This document shows positions 62,275 through 64,000 of a stretch of DNA of 64,000 nucleotides, piece by piece. The stretch is taken from the NCBI GenBank assembly GCA_001662655.1, contig KV460247.1; one strand, given 5' to 3'. A model generated the notes under the pieces. The model saw only the letters and a list, made by a program, of their open reading frames with translations, ran no database searches and was not told where the DNA came from. Origin of the DNA: Pseudogymnoascus verrucosus (taxonomy: Eukaryota). The translations under genes and the position numbers were made by a program. How positions within the stretch are numbered: the first letter of the stretch is position 1; the number at the start of each line of letters is the position of its first letter.

Positions 62275-62648
62275 GCGCATAGCCGCGGAACTAGAAGGGA
62301 GAAGGGGTTTATAAACACAGTTTAATCTATTTAGAACTAGTTTATATTCAATTATCATTCAATTATCATTCAATTATCAGGCGCCTGAAGCTTCTAAGCC
62401 GCGGTTTAGCGCAAATCCAGACCTTTTATCACGGAGTTGCGCATAACCACGGAACTATGTACAAACACAGTTCAAACTTAGATAGTTTGCAGCTAGCTTA
62501 GAGGCAGTTTAGAATCTACGTAGATTCTATTAAAAACTAGTTTATATTGAATTATCATTCAATTATCATACGCCTACAGCTTCTAAGCCACGGTTTCGCG
62601 CAAATCCAGACCCTTTAGCGCAGATTTGCGCATAACTGCTGAACTAGA
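62275..62648. repeat. Diverged tandem repeat (~165-190 bp, two units plus start of a third) with nested 10-bp repeats and a 20-bp palindrome
   Basis: GCGCATA.C..GAACTA at 62275, 62438 and 62627; AGCTTCTAAGCC.CGGTTT.GCGCAAATCCAGACC twice; (TTCAATTATCA)n; TAGAATCTACGTAGATTCTA at 62510-62529. Confidence 0.82.
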
Positions 62649-64000
62649 GCTAGGGGCTCTTTCGAAGCTAGTCCAGATCTAGTCAGTATATATAGATAGT
62701 ACTGTACGAAACCTAAAAGCAAGTCCAAAGAGGGCGGTCAAAGTACAAGGCTACCGTCTAGGCCGGTTCAGAGAAGTACAAAGCCGCTCAGTCCAGCGGT
62801 GTTCAAAGCCACCGGAACGGAACATCCTGGTATTCTAGCGCACAGCCGAGCTCTTTCAGACGAACCTGCGCAAAAGTGCAAGGGGGTCTATGTGCTGACT
62901 AACCCCCCTCCCAAAATTCATGGACATGTCCTCATAGTCCGTCGGACTTGGCAGCCCTACGTAAGACGTTACGAGTACTATACTACTGTTGGGAAGCAGG
63001 AATCATCTCAGTAGAAGAAACGCGCCACAAACACCAAGCACACACGAATAATCGATGAGATTGTACAGTTTCTTCCATTCACCCACCACCTACTAGCTAC
63101 TCCCCCACCAACCCCAGAGATCCATCAAGTCCCCCATCCCCCGCATCCCCCGCCCCACGCCCTTCAAAGAACCAAACCAGTCAGTCCCCCAAAGTGCGCG
63201 ATGCAAGAAGAATGGCTCGTGACGACAGAGTCCCAGTAATCCCCATCCAGAGCCGGTGAGTCATACATATACAAAGCAGCCAGGCTAAGCATGCATGCGA
63301 CGATGTTGTCAGCTGTCAGCCTACTCAGTAAGCTAATCGCCCCCCTTCTTCTGTCAGGGCGCACAGGAAGGCATCAAGCCATCCTGTGCGCCTAGGAGTC
63401 AGATACCGCTAGCAGTAACAGACCCCCCCGGTCCCCCGACCGAGCGAGGGAAAGGGACAGAGAGATCGAAAGGCGACGACAACAGCAACAACGACGCAGA
63501 CTCGCAGCAGCAGCAGCAGCAGCGCAAACAAAAGCGCAAGGAAAACCCAGTCTCCCCACCAGGGAAAAACCAAGCATGCATTCCCAACCCCAACCTTCCT
63601 CCTCCACACCCCAACACCCATCCACCATGCTAACTCCCCCCCACGCACGCCCCAGCGAGCCATGTGGGAGCCAACCGTGCCATGCCCTCGTACGGAGTCA
63701 ATCCGAACGGGAGAGCCACGGCAGTGCACACGCGCGTGATCTATCTAAAAAGAAACGAAGCTTCCTGAGCCACGCGGGGGAAATTAAACAGTAACAGTAA
63801 CAATACAGGATTTGGGCAACGCAGTTGCCTCTTCTCTTTTTTTGCTCGCGCAAGACGGTGTGTGTGTGTGTGTTTTTTTCCAATCGTTGAGGCCTCGCGG
63901 AGGCTTGAGATGTGAGGAGGTGTGCTGTGTGATGGGAACAAAATAAAACAAAAAACATTATGGCATGATAGCTCTCTCTCGCTCGCTCCTGGCAAAAATC

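Noticed and set aside
63040..64000. Short ORFs in low-complexity DNA with (CAG)n and (TG)n tracts
   Set aside because: Composition fits a promoter or UTR of a gene beyond the window; no coding signature.
1..64000. CRISPR arrays or prokaryotic operon/defence systems
   Set aside because: Eukaryotic intron-containing sequence; the repeats lack repeat-spacer structure.

Overview
Intron-containing filamentous ascomycete (Pezizomycotina) genomic DNA. Bases ~1-55,000 look like an accessory, high-turnover region. It holds catabolic and transport gene pairs (amino-acid permease + copper amine oxidase; Zn2Cys6 TF + DHA1 MFS), GNAT, NmrA-like and DHDPS-family genes, a Dal5-like MFS, a PTH11-like CFEM receptor, a secreted lipase, several Zn2Cys6 and C2H2 factors, many gene relics, RIP-mutated LTR sequences, one intact and two broken 5S rRNA copies, and a patatin-NACHT-ankyrin NLR-like gene set head-to-head with a DDX60-like helicase. 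The strongest candidate for an undescribed system is a five-gene cluster at 35.9-47.5 kb (Arg-less Rid protein, ALDH, amidase, HOL1-like MFS, Zn2Cys6 TF). Its promoters all carry the motif GATAAG[C/A]GCGG, a GATA site joined to a CGG triplet; there are 7 exact copies plus 1 variant, and one exact copy is an orphan outside any intact promoter. Other highlights are a ~630 bp two-LTR mini-element with a Tf1-type self-priming signature, a DHDPS-family gene with the Schiff-base Lys replaced by Met, a RIP-marked half 5S gene, and a possible patatin-only versus full-NLR splicing switch. All calls come from reading the sequence by eye; exon boundaries and family names were not checked by database search.
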